Under the pieces are notes generated by a model. The model saw only the letters and a program-made list of their open reading frames with translations. It did not search any database and had not been told where the DNA came from. Below are positions 1 through 9,931 of a stretch of DNA of 64,000 bases, one piece after another. This stretch comes from Leptospira sp. GTDB lineage: Bacteria; Spirochaetota; Leptospiria; Leptospirales; Leptospiraceae. The stretch covers positions 160,001-224,000 of the forward strand of contig JAWXAQ010000002.1 of NCBI GenBank assembly GCA_034439575.1. Direction: 5' to 3'. Positions within the stretch are counted from its first letter, which is position 1. The number at the start of each line of letters is the position of its first letter. A program made the position numbers and the translations under genes.

Positions 1-469
1 AATCCTGATTCAAAGTTATTCGGAGATTCACGAATCACCCAAACCAGAAGGAAGAATTTTTGATATTAAATCTTCCCAATTCGTTCAGGTCTCGATTCCG
101 GTTGTAAGTTATGGAGCCGTATTTTCTAAAGATGGGGAAAAAATTTATCTCACATCCGCCCAAACGGGAGAGATACAGGTTTTAGATGCTAACACAGGCA
201 AAATATTGAAAAAAGGAAAATTGGGAACTCATGGACACACTATGGGATTTTGGAAAGAATCCGAATTGTTGTGGGTTAGAAATTCAGGGATTCATATTTA
301 TGATCCTGTGACTCTCAAACAGAAAAAAGTGATTCCCACTTCAAAATTTTTCAAAGGACATGTGAACGTTTCTGGATCCTTTGTGATCCCTTATGATTCA
401 CTACTCGTGCACAATGGATTTGAAGGTCCAGATGGAGCCGCAGGTATGTTGTTTTTATCACCAGACTAA
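1..469 (+). CDS. 5'-truncated beta-propeller (YncE/YVTN-like) protein
   Basis: Frame is open from base 2 to the stop at 469. It contains propeller-type blades (AVFSKDGEKIYLTSAQTGEIQVLDANTGKI; IHIYDPVTLK). The ORF-track start at 206 is internal. Confidence 0.6.
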   Translation, partial: ILIQSYSEIHESPKPEGRIFDIKSSQFVQVSIPVVSYGAVFSKDGEKIYLTSAQTGEIQVLDANTGKILKKGKLGTHGHTMGFWKESELLWVRNSGIHIYDPVTLKQKKVIPTSKFFKGHVNVSGSFVIPYDSLLVHNGFEGPDGAAGMLFLSPD

Positions 470-499
470 ATAAATTTTTGAAATTCAAATATTAGCCTA

Positions 500-1483
500 A
501 TGGCAGTTATCGATAAGTTTTTTAGTAAAGGTAGGATTTTATTTTACCTACTTGCGATTTTCATCTTTTTTCTCATCGGAATTTCCTTTTCTATTTTCAG
601 ATGGAATATTCTAAATCCATTAAAGGAACATAAGTTAAATATTAACAATTTAGATCGCAAATTCTATTTCCATGTACCGAAACATTTAAAACACAATTCA
701 AAGTTAATCTTTGTGCTTCATGGTTCAACTATGACTGCTACTCAAATGCAATTGGTGACTGGCCATCAATTTGATAAAATAGCAGATGAGAAAGAGGATA
801 GCATTATTGTTTATCCGCAAGGATACAAAAAGTATTGGAATGATTGCCGCAAGTCAGCCTTGACAGAGTCAAAAAAAGCAAATTTGGATGAAGTCCTCTT
901 TTTTCAAGAGATGATTTCTTTCTTTGAAAATAATTATCAAATTGATAGTAGTAAAGTTTTTATTACAGGTTTTTCAAATGGAGGTCATATGACTTTTAAA
1001 TTAGCGATGGAACATCCTTCCTTATTTAAAGGTTATGCGGTCATATCTGCCAATTTACCAGTTTCTATAAACAATGATTGTTCTGAATCAAAAAAACCAG
1101 TTTCAATACTTGTCGTTAATGGGACAAGTGATCCAGTAAATCCATATAGCGGTGGAAAGGTGGTCGTTGGGGATGGGATAGATCGTGGGGAAGTTTTATC
1201 CACTGAGGAAACTATGAAATATTGGCTCCATTTAACGAAATGTAAATTGGATGGGGAAGACGAATTGCCAGATATAGAAGAATCAGATCATTCCCAAGCG
1301 AAACTCATTCGGTACAATTGTCCTTCTTCTAAGGTTCAATTAAAGCAAATCAAAATTTTGAATGGAGGTCATAACATTCCAAATCCTACTTTTTTTCTAT
1401 GGCCTACAAAACTATTAGGAAACGTAAATGAAGACTTAAACGTTCCTGAAATCATTATGAATTTTTTCTATGAATTAAATTGA
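500..1483 (+). CDS. PHB depolymerase/LpqC-family alpha/beta esterase, membrane-anchored
   Basis: N-terminal TM helix, LHG oxyanion motif, GFSNGG nucleophile elbow, NGTSD and GGHNIP catalytic Asp/His motifs. Confidence 0.85.
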   Translation: MAVIDKFFSKGRILFYLLAIFIFFLIGISFSIFRWNILNPLKEHKLNINNLDRKFYFHVPKHLKHNSKLIFVLHGSTMTATQMQLVTGHQFDKIADEKEDSIIVYPQGYKKYWNDCRKSALTESKKANLDEVLFFQEMISFFENNYQIDSSKVFITGFSNGGHMTFKLAMEHPSLFKGYAVISANLPVSINNDCSESKKPVSILVVNGTSDPVNPYSGGKVVVGDGIDRGEVLSTEETMKYWLHLTKCKLDGEDELPDIEESDHSQAKLIRYNCPSSKVQLKQIKILNGGHNIPNPTFFLWPTKLLGNVNEDLNVPEIIMNFFYELN

Positions 1484-1512
1484 TCAACTGTATATTGTAG
1501 AAGAATTCAAGA

Positions 1513-2634
1513 ATGAAAATCAATAATTTATTTATCAATTTTGTAGTCGCTTTTATGATTGGAAATTGTTGTTTTCCTTCAAAATATCCTGTAAAAGGTA
1601 CATTTCATTTTCATGACATAGAAACGACAGTTGATTCAGAGATTGCAAAATACTATTTGGAAGTTTATCTAAGTGGGCATAGAACAAATCAAAAATTTGA
1701 TGAATTGATTGATTCAATCAATTTAAAATATCAAAATTCCATTCCAAACCGTGATCGTCTAAATCTAATTTCAAAATTAACTTCTGTGGATTTTGCAGCC
1801 ATCTATTTTGCGGATACCGTTTTAAAAGAACGTGAAAATGATGATTTGCAGAGAGAATTTTTATCTCATTTAGCTACAGTTAAGTTAGAAACTATACAAT
1901 TTCCGAAAAAAAATTATGTGATTCTTTTAGTTCCTGGCTTTGACTATGTTGAGAATAGTCATATAACAGGTGCAGATTTTGCGAAGCCGATCGCCCTACT
2001 TAGAAAATCTGGATTTAACGTTCGATTTGTTGCTATTGATCCGATTGGAAGTGTAGAAGAAAATGCTCACTTTATCGCCAATTTTATAAAAAATGAACCT
2101 TCCGATAAAATCCTAATTGCTGGTGCAAGTTCGGCAGGCCCAGCTATTCATTTGAGTTTAGGAAATTATCTTACAAATAAAGAAACGAATCGTGTGCGGG
2201 CATGGTTAAATTTAGGAGGAATTCTCCAAGGTGTGCCAGTTTTAGACCAATTTTCCAAAGGGTTTAAAGGTAAGTTTTTTGATTTTATCATTTGGTTGAA
2301 AAGTTGGCGTAAAGAAAGTTTTGATAGTATGCGAATGGAGGTGAGTCAAAAAAGATTTGAATCAAATATATTAGCGAAACATATATTAGTAATCAATTAT
2401 ATAGGAATGTCATTGTCTGGAAATATTTCAAAATTTGCTTCCGATAAATATTGTTTGATGCGTGATGATGGTCCAAACGACGGTTTGTCCCTTTTGCCTG
2501 ATTTGTTAGCCCCAGATTCAATGACCATTTTCGCTCCCAAGAGTGACCATTTTTTTGCGGAAGATCCAGAGATAGATCAAAAAACCGTAGCCTTACTTAA
2601 AATAATTTTAGTTAAATTAGAAAAAGGAAAATAA
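1513..2634 (+). CDS. Putative lipoprotein, alpha/beta-hydrolase (lipase-like) fold
   Basis: Signal peptide ending GNC; LVPG motif, GASSAG nucleophile elbow, NDGLS and DHF motifs. Confidence 0.6.
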   Translation: MKINNLFINFVVAFMIGNCCFPSKYPVKGTFHFHDIETTVDSEIAKYYLEVYLSGHRTNQKFDELIDSINLKYQNSIPNRDRLNLISKLTSVDFAAIYFADTVLKERENDDLQREFLSHLATVKLETIQFPKKNYVILLVPGFDYVENSHITGADFAKPIALLRKSGFNVRFVAIDPIGSVEENAHFIANFIKNEPSDKILIAGASSAGPAIHLSLGNYLTNKETNRVRAWLNLGGILQGVPVLDQFSKGFKGKFFDFIIWLKSWRKESFDSMRMEVSQKRFESNILAKHILVINYIGMSLSGNISKFASDKYCLMRDDGPNDGLSLLPDLLAPDSMTIFAPKSDHFFAEDPEIDQKTVALLKIILVKLEKGK

Positions 2635-2636
2635 CT

Positions 2637-3263
2637 ATGACCGAGCCCGATCAAAAATCAAATCATTGGAATCATGTATATTCTACAAAGGAATCAAATG
2701 AAGTGAGTTGGACACAAGAAATACCCTCAACTTCTTTGAATTTTTTTAAACAATCAAATTTATCAAAGGATGCTAAGATCATTGATGTAGGTGCTGGTGA
2801 TAGCAAATTTGTGGATTTTTTAATAGCAGATGGATATCAAAATATCACCTTACTTGATATTAGCGAAATGGCCCTTCAAAAAACCAAAAATCGCCTCGGT
2901 AAAAATGCAGATAAAATAAGATGGATTGTAAGTGATATCACCAAGGCAGAGTTAGATGAAAGATATGATTTTTGGCATGATAGGGCTACGTTTCATTTTT
3001 TAACAAAGATTGATGAGGTAAACACTTATCTTGAGAAAGTAAACAACTCATTGAAGGTAAATGGTGTGCTTGCCATGGGAACTTTCAGTGAAAATGGACC
3101 AACTAAATGCAGTGGGCTTGAGATAAAGCAATATAGCGAATTAGAACTTTCACGGACATTAGATAGCAATTTTAAAAAATTGAAATGTATAAATGAGGAT
3201 CATATCACCCCATTTAATACAAATCAAAATTTTCTTTTCTGCAGTTTTGAAAAAGTATCTTAA
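2637..3263 (+). CDS. Class I SAM-dependent methyltransferase
   Basis: IIDVGAGDS motif I; WHDRATFHFL; GPTKCSGL. Confidence 0.9.
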   Translation: MTEPDQKSNHWNHVYSTKESNEVSWTQEIPSTSLNFFKQSNLSKDAKIIDVGAGDSKFVDFLIADGYQNITLLDISEMALQKTKNRLGKNADKIRWIVSDITKAELDERYDFWHDRATFHFLTKIDEVNTYLEKVNNSLKVNGVLAMGTFSENGPTKCSGLEIKQYSELELSRTLDSNFKKLKCINEDHITPFNTNQNFLFCSFEKVS

Positions 3264-3282
3264 ATTACTTAAACTTCAAAAT

Positions 3283-4137
3283 TTATTTTTTTATCCAAGA
3301 ATCTTTGTGATCTTTTGCATACTGATCAAATTTAATAGGACTTTTACTCGTTATTTTTTGCACAGAATCTGTGATAGGCGAGGCATGGCCTTCTCTGAGA
3401 GCACTGGCAATATAATTCATAAAGTCTGCATAATCATTGGAAAGACCGGCATTCACTAGAGATTTTTTAAAATCATCGGGTGTGATGTTCACATATTCAA
3501 TGTTTGTTCCAATTTCTTTGGAAATAATTTCACTAACTTGTTTATGAGTCAATGTTTCGCTTCCAGTCAATGCAAAGGCTTGGTTTTTGAATTCATCCTT
3601 CGTTAATAAATGAACTGCCACATTCGAAATATCTCTAGTGTCGATAAAACTAGTGACAGCATCACCACCAGGGAAATACAATTTTTGATCTGCGAGAATT
3701 CCTGCGATCCAATACGTATTGAAGTTTTGCATAAACCAATTGGGACGAATGATATTCCAGTTCAGCCCTGAATTTTCTAACATAAGCTCAGTTTTGCGAA
3801 AAGGTGCTTCAGCTGGTGCGTGTTCTACGCCCATAGCAGTCATCAAAACTACTTTTTTTAGTTTCACATCAATAGCTTTTTGGAACCAAGGGGAAAGAAT
3901 CACAAATTGGTCAGTTAAACCAGGAGGAGATAGGAAAAATGCCGCATCCATCTTTTCTAAGATTTCCGCACCTTGTCCTGGAACCAATGCGTCAGCTTTC
4001 ACCCATGTAACTCCCTTAATTGAATTGCCCTTATCTGGATGTCTCGTGCCAGCAAAGACCTCGTGACCTAAATTTGATAAACCTGTAACAATATTATGGC
4101 CAATACTTCCTGTGGCACCGAATACGAATATTTTCAT
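3283..4137 (-). CDS. NmrA-like/atypical SDR NAD(P)H-binding oxidoreductase
   Basis: GATGSIG Rossmann motif; IRPNWFMQN; IDTRDI. Confidence 0.9.
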   Translation of the reverse strand: MKIFVFGATGSIGHNIVTGLSNLGHEVFAGTRHPDKGNSIKGVTWVKADALVPGQGAEILEKMDAAFFLSPPGLTDQFVILSPWFQKAIDVKLKKVVLMTAMGVEHAPAEAPFRKTELMLENSGLNWNIIRPNWFMQNFNTYWIAGILADQKLYFPGGDAVTSFIDTRDISNVAVHLLTKDEFKNQAFALTGSETLTHKQVSEIISKEIGTNIEYVNITPDDFKKSLVNAGLSNDYADFMNYIASALREGHASPITDSVQKITSKSPIKFDQYAKDHKDSWIKK

Positions 4138-4256
4138 ACTAACTCCTAATGTGAATCCTAGTATATCAGTCTTTTTTAGACTGTCTATGGCTTATAGTCT
4201 TTAAATTATATCCAAAAGTATATTTGTGTAGACGAATTATTGGCAAATTTCGAAAT

Positions 4257-5159
4257 ATGAGTATGGATATCCTATCAGAGATACTTGAAGCGGCAGATTG
4301 GAAAAATGACTTACTGGCAAGGGACAAACTTTATGAATCTTGGGGTTACCGTTTTCCCTGCGATCGAAGTGGGGGGTTTCATGTAATCACGCAAGGTTCT
4401 TGTTATGCGAGATTTTTGGGAAATGAAATTCATTTACAGAAAGGGGATTTGCTTTTTATCACAAGAGGCATTCCACATGAACTTGTTTCTGAACCAAACG
4501 CAAAAGTTATGGAGATCCAAAGATTTAACGAACATAAAAATTTTTTAGATAAAAAAGGACATGCCGTCACAACATTTGTATCAGTTCGTTATGAAGTTCC
4601 TACTCGACCGCAACATCCATTTTTCCAAGAACTACCACCATTTATCCTGATTCCTTCTAATGACATAGAAGCTCATCATTCTTTACATTCTGTCATTACT
4701 ATGATTTCAAAGGAGATGGAGCAGGACTTATGTTCTGATTTGATTTTACAAAAACTTACAGACATTATGTTGTATTATATGATACGTTATTGGATGGAAA
4801 AAAACCCTAGCTCCAAACCTGGCTGGCTTATGGCACTAAGGGATCCAATTGTGATTCGTGCATTGGAAGTTTTGCATAAAAATCCTAGTTATGAATGGAC
4901 GATTGAGAATCTTGGAAAAAATTTAGGAATTTCAAGAGCCAACCTTGCCAATCGATTTAAAGAATTATTACAAATTCCACCTATGGAATATTTGGCGAGG
5001 ATTCGTATGGAGAAAGCAAGAGAACTATTTCAAAAAGGAGAAACCACATTGGAAGAAGTTTCTCTCGCTGTTGGCTATTCCTCAGCCTTCTCATTTTCGA
5101 AAGCATATAAAAGAATTTATGGATCTTCGCCAGCTCGTGAATGGAAAAAAGTTAGTTGA
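4257..5159 (+). CDS. AraC-family regulator with N-terminal cupin domain
   Basis: MDILSEIL start, FHVITQGSC cupin, C-terminal double HTH (VGYSSAFSFSKAYKRIYG). Divergent from the NmrA-like gene. ATG at 4257 or 4263 is more likely than TTG at 4224. Confidence 0.9.
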   Translation: MSMDILSEILEAADWKNDLLARDKLYESWGYRFPCDRSGGFHVITQGSCYARFLGNEIHLQKGDLLFITRGIPHELVSEPNAKVMEIQRFNEHKNFLDKKGHAVTTFVSVRYEVPTRPQHPFFQELPPFILIPSNDIEAHHSLHSVITMISKEMEQDLCSDLILQKLTDIMLYYMIRYWMEKNPSSKPGWLMALRDPIVIRALEVLHKNPSYEWTIENLGKNLGISRANLANRFKELLQIPPMEYLARIRMEKARELFQKGETTLEEVSLAVGYSSAFSFSKAYKRIYGSSPAREWKKVS

Positions 5160-5979
5160 GAAGTTTCCATTGGTTCGTAGCGATGCTTTCTTTGACCTTG
5201 GACAAAATATCTTTTCGTGTTTCGAAATCAATCCCCGCGCGATAAATTTCTGCTACTTTACGAATTTGATTCGATTCAAAGAGGAGAGGTTTTATTTTCC
5301 ATTCGCCATTGTCTTTTAATTTTTCAGACAAGGACAAATAGGCATTGATGCGTTTACTTTTTTGCGAATAAAAAATTCTATTTTTGCACCGACAAGGATT
5401 GGAAGGGGAACTTAATCCACAATGTTTTCCAAGAAATTCATCCATTTGTGCTCTCGCTCGTGAGAGTTTTTTCCTATAATTCGAATCTGAAATATTCATA
5501 ATCCAGGCACCTTCTTCCCCCGAAACAGAGAATACTTCCCCCAAAAGAAATGCGATACGATAAGACCTGGTCAAACATAATAGTATAGCATGTGTGCAAG
5601 CAGCTTGTACATGAAGTGCCAAGTAGCGCGTGTTATCTGAATCATCTTCATTTAAAACATTTGTCTTTTGGAGCTCTGCTTCTACCTTACGGAAGTTAAC
5701 ATGATTAGTTTCCATATGACTTTTTTTAAAATTGATAAGGTGGTTTGCGGCTATTCGATAAACCCAAGTAGATAATTTACTTTCACGTCGAAACCCACCT
5801 AAGTTAGTGATGACTTTAATTAAAATTTCTTGGGTGGCATCTTCTGCATCCTCAGGATTCCATAAAAATTTTAAGGAAAGGGCAAAAACTTTTGGCTGAA
5901 AAATTTTTACAAATTCTTCAAAAGATTTGCCATTTCCTTTCAGGCATCCATCTAACAAAAGTAGGTGGGGATCATCCAT
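5152..5979 (-). CDS. ECF sigma-70 factor with Cys-containing C-terminal extension
   Basis: Region 2 (DAEDATQE, STWVYRIAAN), region 4 (YRKKLSRAR), extension CGLSSPSNPCRC. Confidence 0.9.
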   Translation of the reverse strand: MDDPHLLLLDGCLKGNGKSFEEFVKIFQPKVFALSLKFLWNPEDAEDATQEILIKVITNLGGFRRESKLSTWVYRIAANHLINFKKSHMETNHVNFRKVEAELQKTNVLNEDDSDNTRYLALHVQAACTHAILLCLTRSYRIAFLLGEVFSVSGEEGAWIMNISDSNYRKKLSRARAQMDEFLGKHCGLSSPSNPCRCKNRIFYSQKSKRINAYLSLSEKLKDNGEWKIKPLLFESNQIRKVAEIYRAGIDFETRKDILSKVKESIATNQWKLLN

Positions 5980-6354
5980 TTATTTCTTATTTGCTAATAT
6001 AGTTACGATCAGAGCAATCAATGCAGGTGCCCCTTGCGTAAAAAGAATAGAAAACTTTGCTGTCGCCGAACCAAAAATAGCTGCAACGACGATACAAATC
6101 AGAAAGAAGAGTATGGTTTGGTATTTTTGGTTGGCATCATTAATAAAAAACAGTGCCCAGATGAGTCCTGCCGCTAGAAATCCATTGTAAAGACCTTGGT
6201 TTTTCGCGAGAGTTGCTGTAATGGCAGCTGTTTCAGGTGTGAGAAGAAAGGTTTTCATTCCAAACTCGGTTTGCCACAAAAACATTTCCAATACGAGTAT
6301 AAACACATGCTCAACGGCTACGATTCCGACTAAGATTAGGGAAGCTAAATTCAT
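5980..6354 (-). CDS. DUF1304 family membrane protein
   Basis: EHVFILVLEMFLW and NQGLYNGFLAAGL signatures; RBS AGGAG at 6361-6365. Confidence 0.85.
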   Translation of the reverse strand: MNLASLILVGIVAVEHVFILVLEMFLWQTEFGMKTFLLTPETAAITATLAKNQGLYNGFLAAGLIWALFFINDANQKYQTILFFLICIVVAAIFGSATAKFSILFTQGAPALIALIVTILANKK

Positions 6355-6378
6355 TTGAATCTCCTATATAACACTTTC

Positions 6379-6405
6379 AGACAACGGAGATTCTACTTTG
6401 TGACA
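6379..6405 (-). promoter_or_regulatory. Putative ECF sigma promoter TGTCACA-N16-GTCT
   Basis: Minus strand reads TGTCACA aagtagaatctccgtt GTCT, upstream of the DUF1304-ECF operon. Resembles the ECF41-type TGTCACA...CGTC consensus. Confidence 0.6.
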
Positions 6406-6430
6406 AATTATTGCAATTTTTTTATCGCAT

Positions 6431-7861
6431 TCATTTCATTTTTCGTATCGCACTTTCGTAGACAGCTTCGTATTCGCTCACTCGTTTTTCCCATCCCCAG
6501 TCAAGTTTCATAATACGCTCTATAGTTTCTGAGAGCTTTTTGGGATTTTGGAAGAGAGTATTGGCTCGTTCCAAGGCATAACCAAGCGATGAAATATCAT
6601 TTGGTTCAAAAACGATTCCCGTATATTCGCCATCTAACGGAGATTCGGAGACTGTATCTCGCAGTCCTCCGACTCTCGAGACAATTGGAACCGCTCCATA
6701 AGCATGGCTGTACAATTGATTGAGTCCACAAGGTTCAAATAAGGAAGGCATTAGAAAAAAATCACTCGCGGCTTCTATATGTCGCGCAAACTCTTCACTA
6801 TAACCTTTATAAAAAAAGATCCGATTTTGTTCGTTATGTGATAAATGGAATAATTCGTTTTGTAACGATTCTTCACCAGCACCTAAAAAAATATAAAAAT
6901 GAGGGAGATGAATCCTTTCTTTGAAAGCTTTAATGAAATTTGCATAACCTTTTTGGTATGTGAGTCTACCTATGATTCCGATTAGCGGGCGATTGCTGTC
7001 TATCCAAGGACGATTTATTTCTTTATATAGGGCTATTTTGTTATTCAATTTCCCTTCAGTAAAATTTTTAACTGAATAAGGAAAGGGTAATCGCTTATCT
7101 CCGTCAGGGTTCCATTCCTCTCGATCAATGCCATTGATGATACCCGTATAGTCGGATTCTCTTTTCCTGAGCAAACTGGATAGACCAAAACCATTTATAT
7201 CAATCAAAGTTTCGTTACGATATCCCGGGCTAACTGTTGTAATCTGGTTTGCCGAAACAAGACCTGATTTCATATAATTTGTTTTGCCATCATGTAAATA
7301 GGCTTCAGGGTATAAAAAAAATGGTTCATCTTTCAAAAACCCAGTCATCCACAGAGGATGGTCACCTTGGTATGCTAAATTATGAATCGTGAAAACTGTA
7401 GGTTTTCCAAAAGGTGAGACTTTGTGAAGTGCGCAAGATAAAGCTGTATGCCAATCATGTGCATGAAAGACATCTACATCTAATTGGCGACTTAGCGCAA
7501 AACAAGCGTAAGAATAAATGGCAAAACGAAAATGTTCGTCACTATTGGCATAAATCGAAGTTAGGTCACGAAAAAGGGGGGAATCAAAAAAGTAGAGTTT
7601 GACCTTCCCGTATTCAGCCTCCAAAAATTGGGAGTCGGAAAGCAGGGCCATAACTGGGTTTGATTTTGCCGACGAATGAGAAAAAATGGGAATTATGTTT
7701 CCTGTAAATTTGGGATTTTCCTTTAATCCTGAGATCAGAGGCAAACAAACAGAGACATCATGCTTTTTGGCCTGTTCTTTGGAAAAAGAGGAGAGCATAT
7801 CCGACAATCCACCCATTTTGATAAAGGGAAAATATTCGGCTGTAGCGTGAAGAATCTTCAT
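6431..7861 (-). CDS. glgA: Glycogen synthase (GT5)
   Basis: KMGGL ADP-glucose motif, HAHDWH, FTIHNLAYQG, MPSLFEPCGLNQ. Confidence 0.95.
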   Translation of the reverse strand: MKILHATAEYFPFIKMGGLSDMLSSFSKEQAKKHDVSVCLPLISGLKENPKFTGNIIPIFSHSSAKSNPVMALLSDSQFLEAEYGKVKLYFFDSPLFRDLTSIYANSDEHFRFAIYSYACFALSRQLDVDVFHAHDWHTALSCALHKVSPFGKPTVFTIHNLAYQGDHPLWMTGFLKDEPFFLYPEAYLHDGKTNYMKSGLVSANQITTVSPGYRNETLIDINGFGLSSLLRKRESDYTGIINGIDREEWNPDGDKRLPFPYSVKNFTEGKLNNKIALYKEINRPWIDSNRPLIGIIGRLTYQKGYANFIKAFKERIHLPHFYIFLGAGEESLQNELFHLSHNEQNRIFFYKGYSEEFARHIEAASDFFLMPSLFEPCGLNQLYSHAYGAVPIVSRVGGLRDTVSESPLDGEYTGIVFEPNDISSLGYALERANTLFQNPKKLSETIERIMKLDWGWEKRVSEYEAVYESAIRKMK

Positions 7862-7930
7862 ATTCTGTTATTGACACCGACTCATAATTTAAGAAGCTAG
7901 AAAAACACTATTTGAAATCAGGAGCGATCC

Positions 7931-9523
7931 ATGCCAGTATCTGCTAATTTGCGCGGCCTTGCCGAATTAGGCTTAAAGCCTTCCGAAGTCTTCCATAACC
8001 TATCTTACGACGAAATTTACCAGCACGAAATGAACAATAAAGAAGGCGTTGTTTCGGACAACGGAACGATGATGGTTGACACTGGAATTTTTACTGGTCG
8101 CTCTCCTAAAGACAAATACTTCGTGGATGAACCTTCTTCTACAGGTAACATTTGGTGGGGACCTGTCAATGCAAAAGTCACGGAAGCAGTTTTCAACGAA
8201 CTTTATGCTGAAGTAGTGAAGTTTTTAGATAACAAAAAAGTTTATGTGTTCGATGGACATGCTGGAACAAACAACGATACGCGCATTTCTCTGCGAGTTG
8301 TAACAGAAAGAGCATGGCAACATCATTTTTGCACAAATATGTTCCTTCGGCCTACCAAGGAAGAACTCGAAAAACTTATGCCAGAGTTTACTATCATTAA
8401 TGCTTCTGGTTACAAAAACGCAAAATATAAAGAGCATGGTTTGAATTCGGAAGTATTTGTTATTTTCCACCTTGCGAAAAAAATCTGTATCATCGGCGGA
8501 ACAGAATACGGCGGAGAGATGAAAAAAGGAATCTTCTCTGTAATGAATTATTATTTACCTTTGAAAAATGTTTTAACAATGCATTGTTCAGCTAACGTAG
8601 GTGCCAAAGGTGACTCAGCTCTTTTCTTTGGTCTTTCTGGCACAGGAAAAACAACTCTTTCTACAGACCCGAATCGTCGTCTCATTGGTGATGATGAACA
8701 TGGTTGGGACGATAATGGAATTTTCAATATTGAAGGTGGTTGTTATGCGAAGACCATCAACCTTGATCCAAAAACTGAACCAGAAATTTACGCAGCGATC
8801 AAAAGAGATGCACTTCTTGAAAACGTAGTTTTTGATGCGACTACTAAGAAAGTGGATTATAGTTCTGCGGCAAAAACTGAAAACACTCGTGTTTCCTATC
8901 CTATTTACCATATCGACAACATCCAACCAGATTCAAAGGCTGGACACCCAAATGTCGTTATCTTTTTAACTTATGACGCCTATGGTGTGTTACCTGCTGT
9001 TTCAAAACTTTCTATCGAACAAGCAATGTATCACTTCCTTTCTGGTTATACGGCAAAAGTTGCAGGAACTGAGCGTGGTGTGAAAGAACCACAAGCTACT
9101 TTTTCTGCGTGTTTTGGTCAGGCGTTTATGACGCTTCATCCGACTTATTATGCGAAGTTACTTGGTGAAAAGATGAACAAACACAAAGTTCATGCTTATC
9201 TCATCAATACAGGTTTAGTTGGCGGAAAATACGGAGTGGGAAAAAGAATGAACCTTCCTGCCACTCGCCAAATCATAAATGAAATTCTAAACGGTAACAT
9301 TGAAAAGTCGGAATTTGAAAAACACCCTGTTTTCCAAGTCTCTTTCCCAAAAACTATCACGGGTGTAGATGCACATATCCTCAACCCTCGAAATGCTTGG
9401 GAAGACAAAGCAGATTATGACAAAACAGCAGCTGACTTAGCAAAACAATTCGTTGAGAATTACAAAAAATACCTTACTGGTTCCAAAGAATTTGACTTCA
9501 GTGCTCACGGTCCTGTCGCCTAA
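7931..9523 (+). CDS. pckA: Phosphoenolpyruvate carboxykinase (ATP)
   Basis: [45 protein letters not shown]. Confidence 0.98.
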   Translation: MPVSANLRGLAELGLKPSEVFHNLSYDEIYQHEMNNKEGVVSDNGTMMVDTGIFTGRSPKDKYFVDEPSSTGNIWWGPVNAKVTEAVFNELYAEVVKFLDNKKVYVFDGHAGTNNDTRISLRVVTERAWQHHFCTNMFLRPTKEELEKLMPEFTIINASGYKNAKYKEHGLNSEVFVIFHLAKKICIIGGTEYGGEMKKGIFSVMNYYLPLKNVLTMHCSANVGAKGDSALFFGLSGTGKTTLSTDPNRRLIGDDEHGWDDNGIFNIEGGCYAKTINLDPKTEPEIYAAIKRDALLENVVFDATTKKVDYSSAAKTENTRVSYPIYHIDNIQPDSKAGHPNVVIFLTYDAYGVLPAVSKLSIEQAMYHFLSGYTAKVAGTERGVKEPQATFSACFGQAFMTLHPTYYAKLLGEKMNKHKVHAYLINTGLVGGKYGVGKRMNLPATRQIINEILNGNIEKSEFEKHPVFQVSFPKTITGVDAHILNPRNAWEDKADYDKTAADLAKQFVENYKKYLTGSKEFDFSAHGPVA

Positions 9524-9565
9524 GTAAAATTAGCTCCCAATCAAATTTGTTTGTTGCTAATCACG

Positions 9566-9596
9566 AACCGTCTATCTTAGGGTAGGCGGTTTTTTT
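9566..9596 (+). terminator. Rho-independent terminator of pckA
   Basis: AACCGTCTATC...GGTAGGCGGTT stem (with G-U pairs) followed by a T run. Confidence 0.85.
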
Positions 9597-9650
9597 ATGC
9601 CTCAAGAGGAACGGAATCGTTATTTGAATGGAATTATTTTAAACCATTTG

Positions 9651-9785
9651 TGCGTTCCCGATTGGTAAAATTTTCCACATTAAAATTGATACGGGCCGGA
9701 CTACTTCGGGGTGCGCTTCGCTTCCGTCCAGCGACTTGGTTTGTGAGTTTCGGCTGGACCTTTCGCCCTGCGTATTCCTAACGCG
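9651..9785 (+). ncRNA. Structured GC-rich intergenic element, Flavo-1-like/REP-like (variant)
   Basis: Outer stem TGCGTT(9651-56)/AACGCG(9780-85), CCCG/CGGG stem, GTCCAGC/GCTGGAC stem. Core GGGCCGGACTAC and 3' TATTCCTAACGCG parallel the element at 12803. Confidence 0.55.
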
Positions 9786-9931
9786 AGATGACTAGAAAGT
9801 TCTGAGTTAAATTTAAGGATACAATTGTAATTAAATTAGTTTTTTTACAGTACGTTATAGGTCATAAATCGAATAAGTTTTTAAAAAAATACCAATCTTC
9901 ATTTTTTTCGAACCTCCTTTTTGAGGTCTTC

